Assembly: GCF_963921235.1 (NCBI RefSeq)
Contig: NC_086097.1
Location: 98,520,001-98,584,000 of the forward strand
DNA length: 64,000 nucleotides
From: Mobula hypostoma
Taxonomy: Eukaryota
Direction of reading: 5' to 3'
Part shown: piece by piece, positions 49,956-62,996 of the stretch
How the letters are laid out: the number at the start of each line of letters is the position of its first letter
How positions within the stretch are numbered: the stretch's first letter is position 1
Translations under genes and position numbers: made by a program
The notes under the pieces: model-generated
Databases searched by the model: none
What the model saw: only the letters and a program-made list of their open reading frames with translations
What the model was told of the DNA's origin: nothing

Positions 49956-52839
49956 CAGGTTTCCCCGCTATCTGAAGGTAGAGCGTTTCTATGAAACGGT
50001 TCATAAGCCAGAATGTCGTAAAGTGAATAAGCAATTACCATTTATTAATATGGGAAAAAATTTTGAGCGTTTCCAGACCCAAAAAATAACCTACAAAATC
50101 ACGCCAAATAACACACAAAACCTAAAATAACAGTAACATTATAGTAAAAGCAGGAATGATATGATAAATACACAGCCTATATAAAGTAGAAATACTTTTC
50201 TGCAGCACTGTCTAGTGCAGCAAAAATCTCGTGGAAGTGCTCTGGGCAGAAACACGGTGCAAACGCTCTCAGCAGAAACACTCTCTCCAGTAACCTTTAA
50301 GCTATGAAGCTGCCAGATCATACCAAATAACACATAAAAATACACAGCCTATATAAAGTAGAAATAATGTATGTACAGTGTAGTTTCACTTACCGGAATC
50401 GGGAAGACTCCAATAAATTGAAGTTTCGTCACAGTTAAACACTTGCTTATACGAATAACCACCTTCTGTAATTATTTTGTTCAGTTCTGCTGGGAACTTT
50501 TTGGCAGCTTCAGTATCAGCCGAAGCACTCTCTCCGGTAAACGTTAAACTATGAAGCTGCCCTCGCCTCAGAAACCGATCAAACCACCCATGACTACCTT
50601 TAAATTCCACTTTCGCAACACTTTCATCACCATCGTCCAGTGCTTTCTGTTTCAGCTTATTAAAAAGACTGACTAATTTCTCCTTAAGTATAAGAAAACT
50701 TAATGGAACACCATGCTTTGTACACCCATCAATCCACTCAAGCAATAGACTTTTCATTTTATTCATTATTGGATGCCGACTAAGAAAGACCGCTTTGCTA
50801 TGAGCAGAACCAACAGTAACATCAGCAGCTTTCAAAATTCTTTCTCTCTGCATATAAATAGTGCGAATGTTGGATGCAGGCAAGTTCAATGCGCGGACAA
50901 TGTCCTTACTTGGTTCAGCACGATTGAAATGCTTAATTATGTCTAGTTTTACGCTAAGTGTAACACCCTTACGAGCTCTTTTAGGCTTTTCCGATACCCT
51001 AGAACTCATCTTGCTAATGGATGCACAAAATAAATTGAGATAAAGCACGTGTTTAAGCAGTGGTGGCTAGAATGCAGTTCTGGGGGAGGAGCTTGGCTGT
51101 TCGGGCGCGCACGCCTTTTCTCGTAACAGTGAAAACACCTGTTAGCGAAAACAGGTACAGGTGTCCCCTGCTTTTCAAACGTTCGCTTTACGAAACTTCA
51201 CTGTTACGAAAGACCTACATTAGTTCCCTGTTTTCGCTAACAGAAGGTGTTTCACTGTTTCAAAGAAAGGCAGTGCACAAAAAAAAAATGAGCGCGCGCC
51301 CCGAGCAGCCGCTCTCCCCCGGATTCGGAACGGCATTCTCGCCGGCATTGCCTAAACACGTGCCTGTGAGCAGCCGTTAGCAAGATGAGTTTTAAGGTAT
51401 CGGAAAAGCCTAAAAGAGCTCGTAAAGGTGTTACACTTAGCGTAAAACTAGACATAATTAAGCGTTTCGATCATGATGAACGAAGTAAGGACAAAGTGAG
51501 TTTAGCTTGTGGAAGTTGACGAAGATGATGTTCAAGAGGTTTTGACATCCCATGACCAAGAACTGATAGATGAAGAGCTGATGCAATTGGAAGAGGAAAG
51601 GATAACAATTGAAACCGAATTCAGTAGCTAAAGTGAAGTCGTCCAGGAACTGAACTTGAAGCAAGTGCGTGAGATTTTTGCTGCAATGTTAAAGTACGAC
51701 TTTAATTTTGAAAGGGTACGTCGGTTTAGGGCATACAGTATTTGCAAGATGGTTTGAGTGCTTACAAAGAACTGTATGATAGGAAAATGCGCGAGGCTCA
51801 GCAGTCAAGCAAGCCTTCCACATCACCCACAGCAGACGACAAACCTCAACCTTCGACATCGAGGCAGGCAGTCATAGGAGAAAATCAGCTGCCTGCCCTA
51901 ATGGAAACAGATGACGATGAGATGACACCCCAGTGTCCCACCACCCCAACCCCAGGCTGCGGACAGATACCGATTTGCGGAGAATACAGCAGTAGCCGGG
52001 AGGCACACAGCACATCATTAAGAAAAAAGCTGAAATAAACAAGCTAATTAATTAGGTGCCGCCTGGCACGTAATTGTCAGCCCAGATCAGAGGCGATTGC
52101 CGATTGCGTCGCCTCTGATCTGGGCTGACATTTACATGCCGGGCGGCACCTAATTAATTAGCTTGTTTATTTCGGCTTTTTTCTTAAAGATGTGCTGTGT
52201 GCCTCCCAGCTACCACTGTACCCCTGCATGCTTCGCGGATCAGTATCAGTCGCTGCCCGGAGTGTGGGGGCCACTGCACCACCCAAACTTCAACGACTCA
52301 GTCTACACACCATCATCAGCGTGCTCGGCAAGCTGTCTTCCAGATTCCTGTAAGTGATATATATACTGTATATACATTATTTCTACTTTATATAGGCTGT
52401 GTATTTTTACATGTTATTTGGTAGATTTGGCAGCTTCATAGCTTAAAGGTTACTGGAGAGAGTGTTTTTGCCAACAGCGCTTGCGTGAGATTTTCGCTAC
52501 AGAGAACAGTGCTGGCAATGATTGTGGAAAAGTATTTCTACTTTATATAGGCTGTGTATTTATCATATCATTCCTGCTTTTACTATATGTTACTGTTATT
52601 TTGGGTTTTATGTGTTACTTGGCATGATTTGGTAGGTTATTTTTGGGTCTGCGAACGCTCACAAATTTTTCCCATATAAATAAATGGTAATTGCTTCTTC
52701 GCTTTGCGGCATTCCGGCTTATGAACCATTTCATAGGAACGCTGTACCTTCGGATGGCGGGGGAAACCTGTGACTAATGTAGGTCTTTCGTAACAGCGAG
52801 GTGTCATAAAGCGAACGTTCGGAAAATGGGGGCCACCTG
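49956..52839 (-). mobile_element. Tigger-like transposon (outer copy) with CENP-B-type DNA-binding ORF
   Basis: Termini CAGGTTTCCCC and GGGGCCACCTG; ORF 50386-51048 RKGVTLSVKLDII...FKGSHGWFDRF...QVFNCDET. Confidence 0.88.
51158..52770 (+). mobile_element. Tigger-like transposon (inner copy, same family, opposite orientation)
   Basis: TA-CAGGTGTCCCC...GGGGAAACCTG-TG; both terminal regions are reverse complements of the outer copy. Confidence 0.88.
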
Positions 52840-53868
52840 CATTAAAAACCTATAAGACTGGAAGAAAAAGTCTATAGTCAAAGTCCATATCCGGAAAACC
52901 TGGGTAACTTTCTCCAGGCACAGCAGCATGCTCTCTCCTCTGTGGTAGCAGAGCAAAAGACAGATAGCTGGCACTCACCTTCTGCATTCACCTCAGTGTT
53001 ACAATCTCCCTCGTCGCTTTAGTCGATGAAATGAAGTCAAGTGTCCACCACAAGCTCCAACAGTTCCAGAATCACATACAGGACGAAAAACAAATGTAAA
53101 ATACATAAAAGAAGTGAAATACATAGTTTCATGATTTATCCAGAAGATCTCGACTGAAGGAGCATTATATGCGGGCTCCATCTTGCCCATAACCCAATAA
53201 TGTTTACCCATTATTCTCAACTCGAGTGAGCTAGTCTTCCTCCAACTCTATTGGGCAACTCTCTTTCCTCAGACATGTAATTGTATGGCTCTTGGTCATT
53301 TGAGTCAGCTATATTTGAAGGACAGGAATTAGATTAAGTATGGCAGATTTCTATGCAGGTGTGTTTTTGTGTATTTGTGTAATCCTTTATATGCAACATG
53401 CATTTTTTGCTCTGCACGACTAAGTGGGAAAGTGAAAAGTTGTTACTAAAAGTACTAGTTTAATCAGATATCGGGACAAAGCTCCCAAGTGTCAGATTAT
53501 TCCAGTTTCAGCAGGATGTCTGTCATTCTATCACACAGCCTTTCTCTTATACACGTGTGTGTGTGTGTGTGTTGTTTGCATAGATGTACTGCATTGTACT
53601 CCACACAATTTACGTTCATGTGCAATTAGTAATGTTCTAGTCTGTTCAGAGTTGGTGGCTGGTGAACAAACAAAATTGAATGTGGAGAGAATAAAATGGG
53701 ATTAGTGTAAATCACTACTCAATGGCACCACCTTGGTGAGCTGAAAGGTCTCTTTCCATGTGTCAGTCTATGAAATGTAGTGCCTTACATTTGACTGCCT
53801 TTAAGACTGCTGGGTATCAGGTTGGGTTAGTTGGTTAATTGGTTCTTTCTATTTATCTTTCTGGGAAG

Positions 53869-53957
53869 TGCGTCTGCGACAAGAAGAAAAGCGGATACAA
53901 GAAGAATCAAATAAAGTGAAAGATCGAAAGAGAAAACGAGAAAAATATGCAGAAAAG
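53869..53957 (+). CDS. INO80: INO80 coding exon (basic, NLS-like segment)
   Basis: gggaag|TG acceptor, AAG|gtaaaa donor; (L)RLRQEEKRIQEESNKVKDRKRKREKYAEK, phase-compatible. Confidence 0.93.
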
Positions 53958-54376
53958 GTAAAATTATCAACCCAATTGATGCAGCTTTACCATTAGATTT
54001 TCTTATTTTTGTAGTTTTTATTATTACTGGTGAGAAAGTGGTACTTTAATATGTCAATTTCCCACATAATAAGGTACCAAGAAGAAATGGTTAACTGAAG
54101 TTGCTATCAACTGACCTCGAACTTGTGCCTCATATGTCTCAATCACTTTTTCTCAAGCACAACATGGAAAAGCTACAGTGCAGTGTCCACTGGCACCTTT
54201 TGTAACGTGTGGATTTTGATTGGGCAGGTGCATAGTGTAGTTTTGTACTTCATTAATTAATTGAAAATAATTCTTTAAGTACAATAGATTCCAAATAATT
54301 GGGCCATTGGTTAATCAGAGCCATCACTTATTTGTGACAACTCTTAAAGAGCAAAAACTAATCAAGAAAATGCTTA

Positions 54377-55312
54377 GCAACACACACAAAAGTTGCTGGT
54401 GAACGCAGCAGGCCAGGCAGCATCTCTAGGAAGAGGTACAGTCAACGTTTTGGGCCAAGACCCTTCGTCAGGACTAACTGAAAGAAGAGCTAGTAAGAGA
54501 TTTGAAAGTGGGAGGGGGAGATCCGAAATGATAGGAGAAGACAGGAGGGGGAGGGATGGAGCCAAGAGCTGGACAGTTGATTGGCAAAAGGGATATGAGA
54601 GGATCATGGGACAGGAGGCCTAGGGAGAAAGAAAAGGGGGAGGGGGGGAAAAGCCCAAAGGATGAGCAAGGGGTGTAGTGAGAGGGACAGAGGGAGAAAA
54701 AGGAGGGAGAGAAAAAAATGTGTGTATAAATAAATAACGGATGGGGTACAAGGGGGAGGTGGGGCATTAGCAGAAGTTAGAGAAGTCAATGTTCATGCCA
54801 TCAGGTTGGAGGCTACGCAGATGGAATATAAGGTGTTGTTCCTCCAACCTGAGTGTGGCTTCATCTTTACAGTAGAGGAGGCCGTGGATAGACATATCAG
54901 AATGGGAATGTGTGGCTACTGGGAGATCCTGCTTTCTCTGGCGGACAGAGCATAGGTGTTCAGTGAAACGATCTCCCAGTCTGCGTCGGATCTCGCCAAT
55001 GTATGGAAGGCCACATCGGGAGCACCGGACGCAGTATATCACCCCAGCCGACTCACAGGTGAAGTGTCGCCTCACCTGGAAGGACTGTCTGGGGCCCTGA
55101 ATGGTGGTGAGGGAGGAAGTGTAAGGGCATGTGTAGCACTTGTTCCGCTTACAAGGGTAAGTGCCAGGAGGGAGATCAGTGGGGAGGGATGGGGGAGACG
55201 AATGGACAAGGGAGTCGCGTAGGGAGCGATCCCTGCGGAAAAGTGGGGGGGGGGAGGGAAAGATGTGCTTAGTGGTGGGATCCCGTTGGAGGTGGCGGAA
55301 GTTACGGAGAAT
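54377..55312 (-). mobile_element. Penelope-like element 3' fragment (GIY-YIG + terminal repeat with hammerhead motif at 54440-54475)
   Basis: ORF 54767-55075 GVIYCVRCSRCGLPYIGE; closely similar to 13041-13995. Confidence 0.92.
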
Positions 55313-55874
55313 TCTCCTCTTCTTGGTCCTAACTTTGTTTATTTAGCAGTACAGTGTGGACTGACCCTTCGAGCCAAGCCACTCTTAGCAACCCCACAAC
55401 CTCAAAACCCTAACCTAATCATGAACAATTTAAAATGACTGACTGACCTACTCAGTCCTACTTTCCACATCGTGGGAGGAAACCTGCACATTTCATGGAT
55501 AGAAAGTGCAGAGTCTCCTTACAGAATGATGCTGGATAATTGAACTCCAGAATGCCCTGAGCTATAGTAATGTTGCGCTAACTACTATGCTACCATGGCG
55601 TTCCAAAATGGCCTGCCTTGAGAGAGATTAAAGCCACACACACAGGCCACTTTCGAGGGAAGGGTGGATCTTTGCCCATCCCACTCAGGTCTTGGAGAAG
55701 ATTGAAGATGTAGTATGCTTCGGATTTGGCTTATGGAATCCCCTTAGCAGTTCAGGGATTGAGCACCAGATGGAGCACATTGACTCTAGATGAGAAATAT
55801 CCAAAGTACTGGAACATGGTTTAAATGCCAAAAGCTGTCAGCTGGTATTAAAAACAAAAAGTTGTTTAAAGTTA

Positions 55875-56165
55875 GTTATACAAACCAACCATTGACTGCC
55901 TGCTAGTTCCATTTGCCTGTCTGTATCCCTGTAAACCTTTCCTATCCATGTACCTGTCCAAATGTTTTTTTCGAAACATTGCAGTTGTCTCCACCCTTAC
56001 CACTTCCTCTGGCAGTTCATGCCATATACCCACCACCCTCTCTATGGAAAAGCTCACCCACAGATCCCTTTTAAATTTTTCTCCTTTGACCTGTAAGTCT
56101 GTGCCTTCTGGTTTTAATCTCCTCCCCGGGGATAAAGATGACCTCTACGAGGTCACCCCTTGGTC
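55875..56165 (-). mobile_element. CR1 3' remnant
   Basis: ERVVGIWHELPEEVV...LDRYMDRKGLQGY. Confidence 0.7.
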
Positions 56166-58075
56166 TCTTTCCCATGATGGAAAGGAGGCAGTGGTGAATG
56201 TTTTGGTTTATATTTTGCATTTCTTCTGCATACATACTTCCCAACTGTAAGTCAGTCCACATTAGATTTTAATGTAGAATTCCAATCCTGGCTCACCCCG
56301 CAGCTTTAAGTTTTCAGATTAGTGGTTAGTTTTGTGGAAAGCTTAGAATCACTGTACAAAATGGTCTGTGATTTGCTATTGCTGTAATTTTAAGCACTTG
56401 CATGCCTTTAAACAACATCCCAGTTAAGTAGCAGTTGTCTATTTGCCAAGTCAGTGAATGAGGTCTGGTGAGTGTGTACTTATTTCCTTTATCCTGGGAA
56501 GTGGAAATATTTCCTCCATTTATTACCATGAGAGACAAACTATGTTGATTAGTTCTCTAGTCAAACGGATTAACACTTCCCCTCTACCTCCATGTGAAGC
56601 TAAGGTAGTATAGCATCCTGAATTGCTGTCATTTGAACAGGAAGTTAGCTTGTTCAAGTGCTTGCTAAGGATCCTTTGACTCAGGGGATGTTGCTCTCTG
56701 CCATTTACAATCTTAACTAGCTACCTATTTGTAAAACAACTTGCCAGAAATTCTCCATAGGATGTGAAGTATACTGCGTTTGAATCAGGGAGTACAATAT
56801 GTCAGTACACAGTCATTTTTTGTCACGTCTTGCCTTTTAAAATTGTGGGGAGATTGGTGTTTTTGGTGAGGTTATTAAGAATTTCTTGGAAACTTGCCTA
56901 GCAATTTCAAAGAGGCTATCATTAATGTCACTGTGTAGCCTCGAGTGCTGCTCCAACCAGGATCAGTTCCCCTACTACTCCCTTATCTCATCTGTTCAGC
57001 CGTAAGGTTCAGCCCAGTATGCTCTCCATGGTAATTCAGTTCAAGGTGTCTATAGAAGCTTATTGTTCAAGCAATCTACTCTCTCTCCTTGGCTTTCCAG
57101 CTTCCTCTGTTTGATAAATGCATCTGTCCACCCTTCATAATCTCCAATAGGTTTGAATTCAATAACAGAGCAAGTTCTGAAACCTGGGAACTTGTGTAGT
57201 TAACGTGGTCATTTAATCGTGTCTTTGCTGAGACTATACAAATCATAATAAGTCTGCAACACTTCCCCGCTAGAACATTTGGTTCTGTCTTTAACCTGAA
57301 TTTTTTTTACTATAATCACTTTTCTCCTACCCCACACAATCAATACATTTGCTGTCTTCTCTTGCCAGTGCCACACAGGTTCCTTTCTGGGGCACTGGTG
57401 TTTATCCTGAGCTTGGTTTATAGCCTGTGCAGCTGTATGTTCAGTAATGATGTCTGTAATCTCCTGACAATGATTTATTCATCACTGCTACTGATCAGAT
57501 TGCCAGCATTAATAAAGCTGAGTGTCACATCCATGCCAGCTCACTTTAGCACAAGTTCATTTCATGGATATGTACTGGAAGAGCAAAACAATTTAACAGA
57601 TCTATTATTCAACACATGTTGACACATTCATTGCCTCTGACGTGCACAGACATGCTCTTCAAAATGTGCATACATGGAATACACAAGCCCTTAACAGAAC
57701 TAATCATCATAAGATCAGTGGTGCAAAACATACACTCACATTTACAATCATGTTGGACCATGGGTGTGCATGGACATGCACATAATTTGGCACTCATTGT
57801 TGCACATGTTAATAGGCATCATTCTTCCTCATGCTCCCAGTCACAGCAATATTTGTATAAATGACTAAGAAAAGATACTTCTCCAGGTTTCCCTACTTCA
57901 TTATGTGTGTCATGTAAATATTATTTAATCAAGAATAAATTGAAGTTTCCTCATTTGGATATAGTAATATAGTGGTTAATTATTGATCCAGGGATGTGCT
58001 TAAATTCCATCAAACACGTCTTTACCGCTTTCACACTCCCCCCCCCCACCCCCACACACACACACACTCTGCTTT

Positions 58076-60343
58076 CCATAAGACCATAAGACAAAGGAGC
58101 AGAAGTAGGCCATTCGGCCCATCGAGTCTGCTCCGCCATTTTATCATGAGCTGATCCATTTTATCCTATTTAGTCCCACTGCCCCGCCTTCACACCATAA
58201 CCTTTGATGCCCTGGCTACACAGATACCTATCAATCTCTGCCTTAAAGACACCCAATGACCTGGCCTCCACTGCTGCCCGTGGCAACAAATTCCATAGAT
58301 TCACCACCCTCTGACTAAAAATATTTTTTGGCATTTCTGTTCTGAAAGAGCGCCCTTCAATCCTGAAGTCATGACCTCTCGTACTAGACTCCCCCATCAT
58401 GGGAAACAACTTTGCCACATCCACTCTGTCCATGCCTTTTAACATTCGAAATGTTTCTATGAGGTCTCCCCTCATTCTTCTAAACTCCAAGGAATACAGT
58501 CCAAGAGCGGACAAACGTTCCTCATACGTTAACCCTCTCATTCCCGGAATCATTCTAGTGAATCTTCTCTGTACCCTCTCCAACGTCAGCACATCCTTTC
58601 TTAAATAAGGAGACCAAAACCGCCCACAGTACTCCAAGTGAGGTCTCACCAGCGCCTTATAGAGCCTCAACATCACATCCCTGCTCCTTATACTCTATTC
58701 CTCTAGAAATGAATGCCAACATTGCATTCGCCTTCTTCACTACTGACTCAACCTGGAGGTTAACTTTAAGGGAATCCTGTACGAGGACTCCCAAGTCCCG
58801 TTGCATCTCAGAACTTTGAATTCTTTCCCCATTTAAATAATAGTCTGCCTGTTTATTTTTTCTGCCAAAGTGCATAACTGTACACTTTCCAACATTGTAC
58901 TTCATTTGCCACTTCTCTGCCCATTCTTCCAATCTATCCAAGTCTCTCTGCAGACTCTCCGTTTCCTCAGCACTACCGGCCCCTCCACCTATCTTTGTAT
59001 TGTCAGCAAACTTAGCCACAAAGCCCTCTATTCCATAATCCAAATCGTTGATGTACAATGTAAAAAGAAGCGGCCCCAACACTGATCCCTGTGGAACACC
59101 ACTGGTAACCGGCAGCCAACCAGAATAGGATCCCTTTATTCCCACTCTCTGTTTCCTGCCAATCAGCCAACGCTCTATCCACGTATGTAACTTTCCTGTA
59201 ATTCCATGGGCTCTTATCTTGTTAAGCAGCCTCATGTGTGGCACCTTGTCAAAGGCCTTCTGAAAATCCAAATATACAACTTTCACTAGTGGTAATTTCC
59301 TCAAAAAATTGTAATAGGTTTGTCAGGCAGGATTTTCCTTTAAGGAATCCATGCTGAGTTCTGCCTATCTTGTCATATGCCTCCAGGTACTCTGTAACCT
59401 CATACTTGACAATCGACTCCAACAACTTCCCAACCACCAACGTCAAGCTAACAGGTCTATAATTTCCTTTTTGCTTCCTTGCCCCCTTCTTAAATAGCGG
59501 AGTGACATTTGCAATCTTCCAGTCCTCCGGAACCATGCCAGAATCTATCGACTTTTGAAAGATCATCGCTAATGCCTCCGCAATCTCCACAGCTACTTCC
59601 TTCAGAACACGAGGGTGCATTCCATCTGGTCCAGGAGAATTATCGACCTTTAGCCTATTCAGCTTCCTGAGTACTTTCTCTGTCGTAATTGTGACTGCGC
59701 ACACTTCTCTTCCCTGCCACCCTTGAGTGTCTGGTATCCTGCTGTCTTCCTCAGTGAAGACTGATGCAAAATACTCGTTCAGTTCCTCTGCCATCTCCTC
59801 ATCTCCCATTACAATTTCTCCAGTATCATTTTCTATCGGTCCTATATCTACTCTCACCTGTCTTTTACTCTTTATGTACTTGAAAAAGCTTTTAGTATCC
59901 TCTTTGATATTATTTGCTAGTTTCCTTTCATAGTTAATCTTTTCTCTCTTAATGACCTTCTTGGTTTCCTTTTGTAAGGTTTTAAAGACTTCCCAATCCT
60001 CTGTCTTCCCACTAATTTTTGCTTCCTTGTATGCCCTCTCCTTAGCTTTAACTTTGGCTTTGACTTCTCTTGTCAACCACGGTTGCATCCTTTTTCCACT
60101 CGAAAATTTCTTCTTTTTTGGAATATACCTGTCTTGCACCTTCCTCATTTCTCGCATAAACTCCAGCCACTGCTGCTCTGCCGTCTTTCCCGCCAGTGTC
60201 TCTTTCCAGTCAACTTTGGCCAGTTCCTCTCTCATGCCACTGTAGTTTCCTTTACTCCACTGAAACACCGACACATCAGATTTCGGCTTCTCTTTTTCTA
60301 ATTTCACAGTGAACTCAATCATGTTATGATCACTGCCTCCTAA
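58076..60343 (-). mobile_element. Young CR1 LINE, 5'-truncated ORF2 with frameshifts and a deletion
   Basis: ORFs 59249-60322, 58657-59304, 58170-58676: SPGPDGMHP, NYRPVSLT, YLDFQKAFDKV, QGSVLGP, LVRPHLEY; (CCATAAGA)n tail. Confidence 0.95.
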
Positions 60344-60709
60344 GTGATTCCACAGGGATCACTCATTCTGTGATTATCATGTCAATTTGCCACTCTCCAC
60401 TATTCTCCCTCCTGGCCTTCATCCCTGCAGGCAGAAAAAGTGCTACACCTCTGCTCATTCACCTCTCCCTCACCGCCATTCATGGCCCCAAAAATCCTTC
60501 AAAGTGAGGAGTTGTACGTGAGGGAGGTTGGGCCTCCTGTTGCTGTCCTAATGAACACACCCAAGACAGATAAGGTGCAAAATGATATTTGGAGAAGCTC
60601 ATAGATGGTGAAATTCCTGCTGACATTTTCAGTATATTCTCTTGTATAGTTAGTAATAATAATGCTTACCTTGCTGTGATTTCATTTTTTTTGCATATTT
60701 TACTATAAA

Positions 60710-62000
60710 ACAGGAAAGCACTGAGCATGACATCAATCTAAACTATTCCCATCTGTCTGCACAAGATCCATATCACTCCATTCCCTGCCTGATTGTGTGT
60801 CTGGCTAAATGCTTCTTGAATGTTGCTATCATATCTGGTTCTCTCACTTTCCTTGGCAACACATTCCAGATGCTTTTTGCTCTGTGGGGGGAGGAAAACA
60901 ATTGCCTTGCACTTCCCCTTTCAACATTCGCTTTCTCACCTTTAAACTTCTGTACTCTTGTATTTAACAATTACACCTTTGTGGGGGGGGGGGGGTTCCG
61001 ACAACCTCCTCAAACTAAGCATTCTCATAATATACCAGTGTCAGATCACCCCTCACACTCTGACACTCCCTCTTCATAGCTTGTGCTCTCTAATCCTGCA
61101 GCAACCTGGTGAACTTACTCTAACCTTCTCCAAAACCTCCATCTTTCCTGTAATACATTGACCAGAACTGCATGCAATACTCCAAATGTGGCCAAACTGA
61201 AGTTTTATACGAAACACGAAAAATTCTGCAGATACTTGAAATCCAAATCAACACACGCAAAATGCTGGAAGAACTCATCAAGTCATGCAGCATCTATGGA
61301 AAGGAATAAACAGTTAGTGTTTCAGGCCGAGACCCTCCTTCTGGAAATCTGCAACATGACTAGCCAACTTCTATACTCAGTGTCTTGATTGATGAAAACC
61401 AGCATGCCTTTACTACCCCCTCAGCTAATGTTGCAGTTTCATGGAACTATGAACTTGCACTCCAAGATCATTCTGTATATCAGTGTTCCTACCAGTCCTG
61501 CAGTTTGCATTTGACCTCCAAAAATGTATTACCTCACCTTGTCCAGATAACATTCCATCTGTCATTTCTCTACCCCAAATTTCCAACTGAGCTGTATCCT
61601 GTTGTGTTCTCTAACAATCTTCATTATCTGTAAAACATGCTAATCAGATCACATCCACTGCCTTACCCTCTCCAATCATCTATCACCTCAAAAATAACTC
61701 AAATTTGTGGCACATGACCTTTCCCACACAAAGCCTGCTGACTATTCCTAATGTCCTCACCTTTCCACGTGCAAGTAAATTTTGTCCCTAAGAATCTCCA
61801 ATAATTTGATGTAAATCTTACCAGTCTGTAATTTCCTGGGTTATTTAGATTGCCATTCAACAAAAAAAAGCACATGGACAAACTTATCTATTGATAAGTT
61901 CAAAAAAATGAGAATAGCCAATAACTAAGGAGGATACAAAGATTTCTGTCAAAGCCAAGCAATCTCCTACCTGTCCTCCAGTATCCTGGGATAGATCCCG
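60710..62000 (-). mobile_element. Old CR1 containing a Penelope terminal remnant (about 61212-61340)
   Basis: WNVLP...FKKHL and NPGNYRLV remnants. Confidence 0.6.
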
Positions 62001-62566
62001 TTGCTACGGCTGTCAGAAGGCAACTTCAGCAATAGTTGGGTGGATGGTGGGTAGGTTTACTTTTGTGGTTCCAGTAACAAGTGTGGGATCCAGGGATAAA
62101 GTTAATGAATTGAGTGTTGGCTGAAATGCATCTGATCATCTTGATCAAGTATATCCTCCACTTCACCTGCAGATGCCTGGCCTCCAGGCCATATAATGTT
62201 GGCTTGTTCGCAGCCACTTCAGTTCAGGTAAAGTTGGAATAGATATTCTGGATAAGAATTGTGTTTGCAGCTGTGTCCAGACCTAGATCTTTAATTGATA
62301 AAATTGGCTTCACTCTTATTCCGTATCTGCTAAGGTCTTGGAAGTTGTGACAATCCAGGTGAAGGGAATCAACCCATAATGTCAACTGTCTATTTGCCTC
62401 GACAGATGCTGCCTGACCTGCTGCTTTCCTCCAGAACACTGTGTTACATTCTTGTAATTTTAATTTGTCATGGAATGTTTAACTGACTCAGATGTAGCAT
62501 AACTACTATAATAACTAGGTGTGTCTGATCAATAAAGTTTTGATACATTCTGTTTGTTTTCAACAG

Positions 62567-62740
62567 AAGAAGAAGGAGGATAGTGAGAATGCAATGAAGA
62601 GGAGGAAAGATGGCTGGAATATGTTAACACCCTCGTTAGCATCTGCCGATAACTCCAACATGTCCTCAGGAAACATGTCAGCAGATGGAGAGGAATCTTT
62701 CATTAGTGTGGACTCAGCTATGCCCAGCCCTTACAGTGAG
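62567..62740 (+). CDS. INO80: INO80 coding exon (C-terminal tail)
   Basis: caacag|AAG acceptor, GAG|gtattg donor; KKKEDSENAMKRRKDG...SADGEESFISVDSAMPSPYSE, matching the INO80 SFISVDSAMPSP motif. Confidence 0.93.
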
Positions 62741-62920
62741 GTATTGAAGGACCTATAACTAGGCTTTGCAAAGCTGGAGCATACCTCCACCACAAAAATA
62801 ACCTTTATCGTATCTTAAACACGACCAAACTTGTCTCAAGATGTTTTACAAGCATGTTATGAAATAAAGTTTAAATAGACCACAAGCATGGTTAAATGAA
62901 ATAAATTGTGTGGAGACGCA

Positions 62921-62996
62921 AACACAAGGAATTCTGCAGATGCTGGAAATTCAAGCAACACGCATCAAAGTTGCTGGCGTTCACCAGCAACTTTGA
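62921..62996. repeat. Penelope terminal remnant ending in a 13-bp perfect inverted repeat
   Basis: tcaaagttgctgg-cgttca-ccagcaactttga. Confidence 0.65.

Noticed and set aside
58170..60322. Active CR1
   Set aside because: 5'-truncated, split over three frames and internally deleted near 59285.
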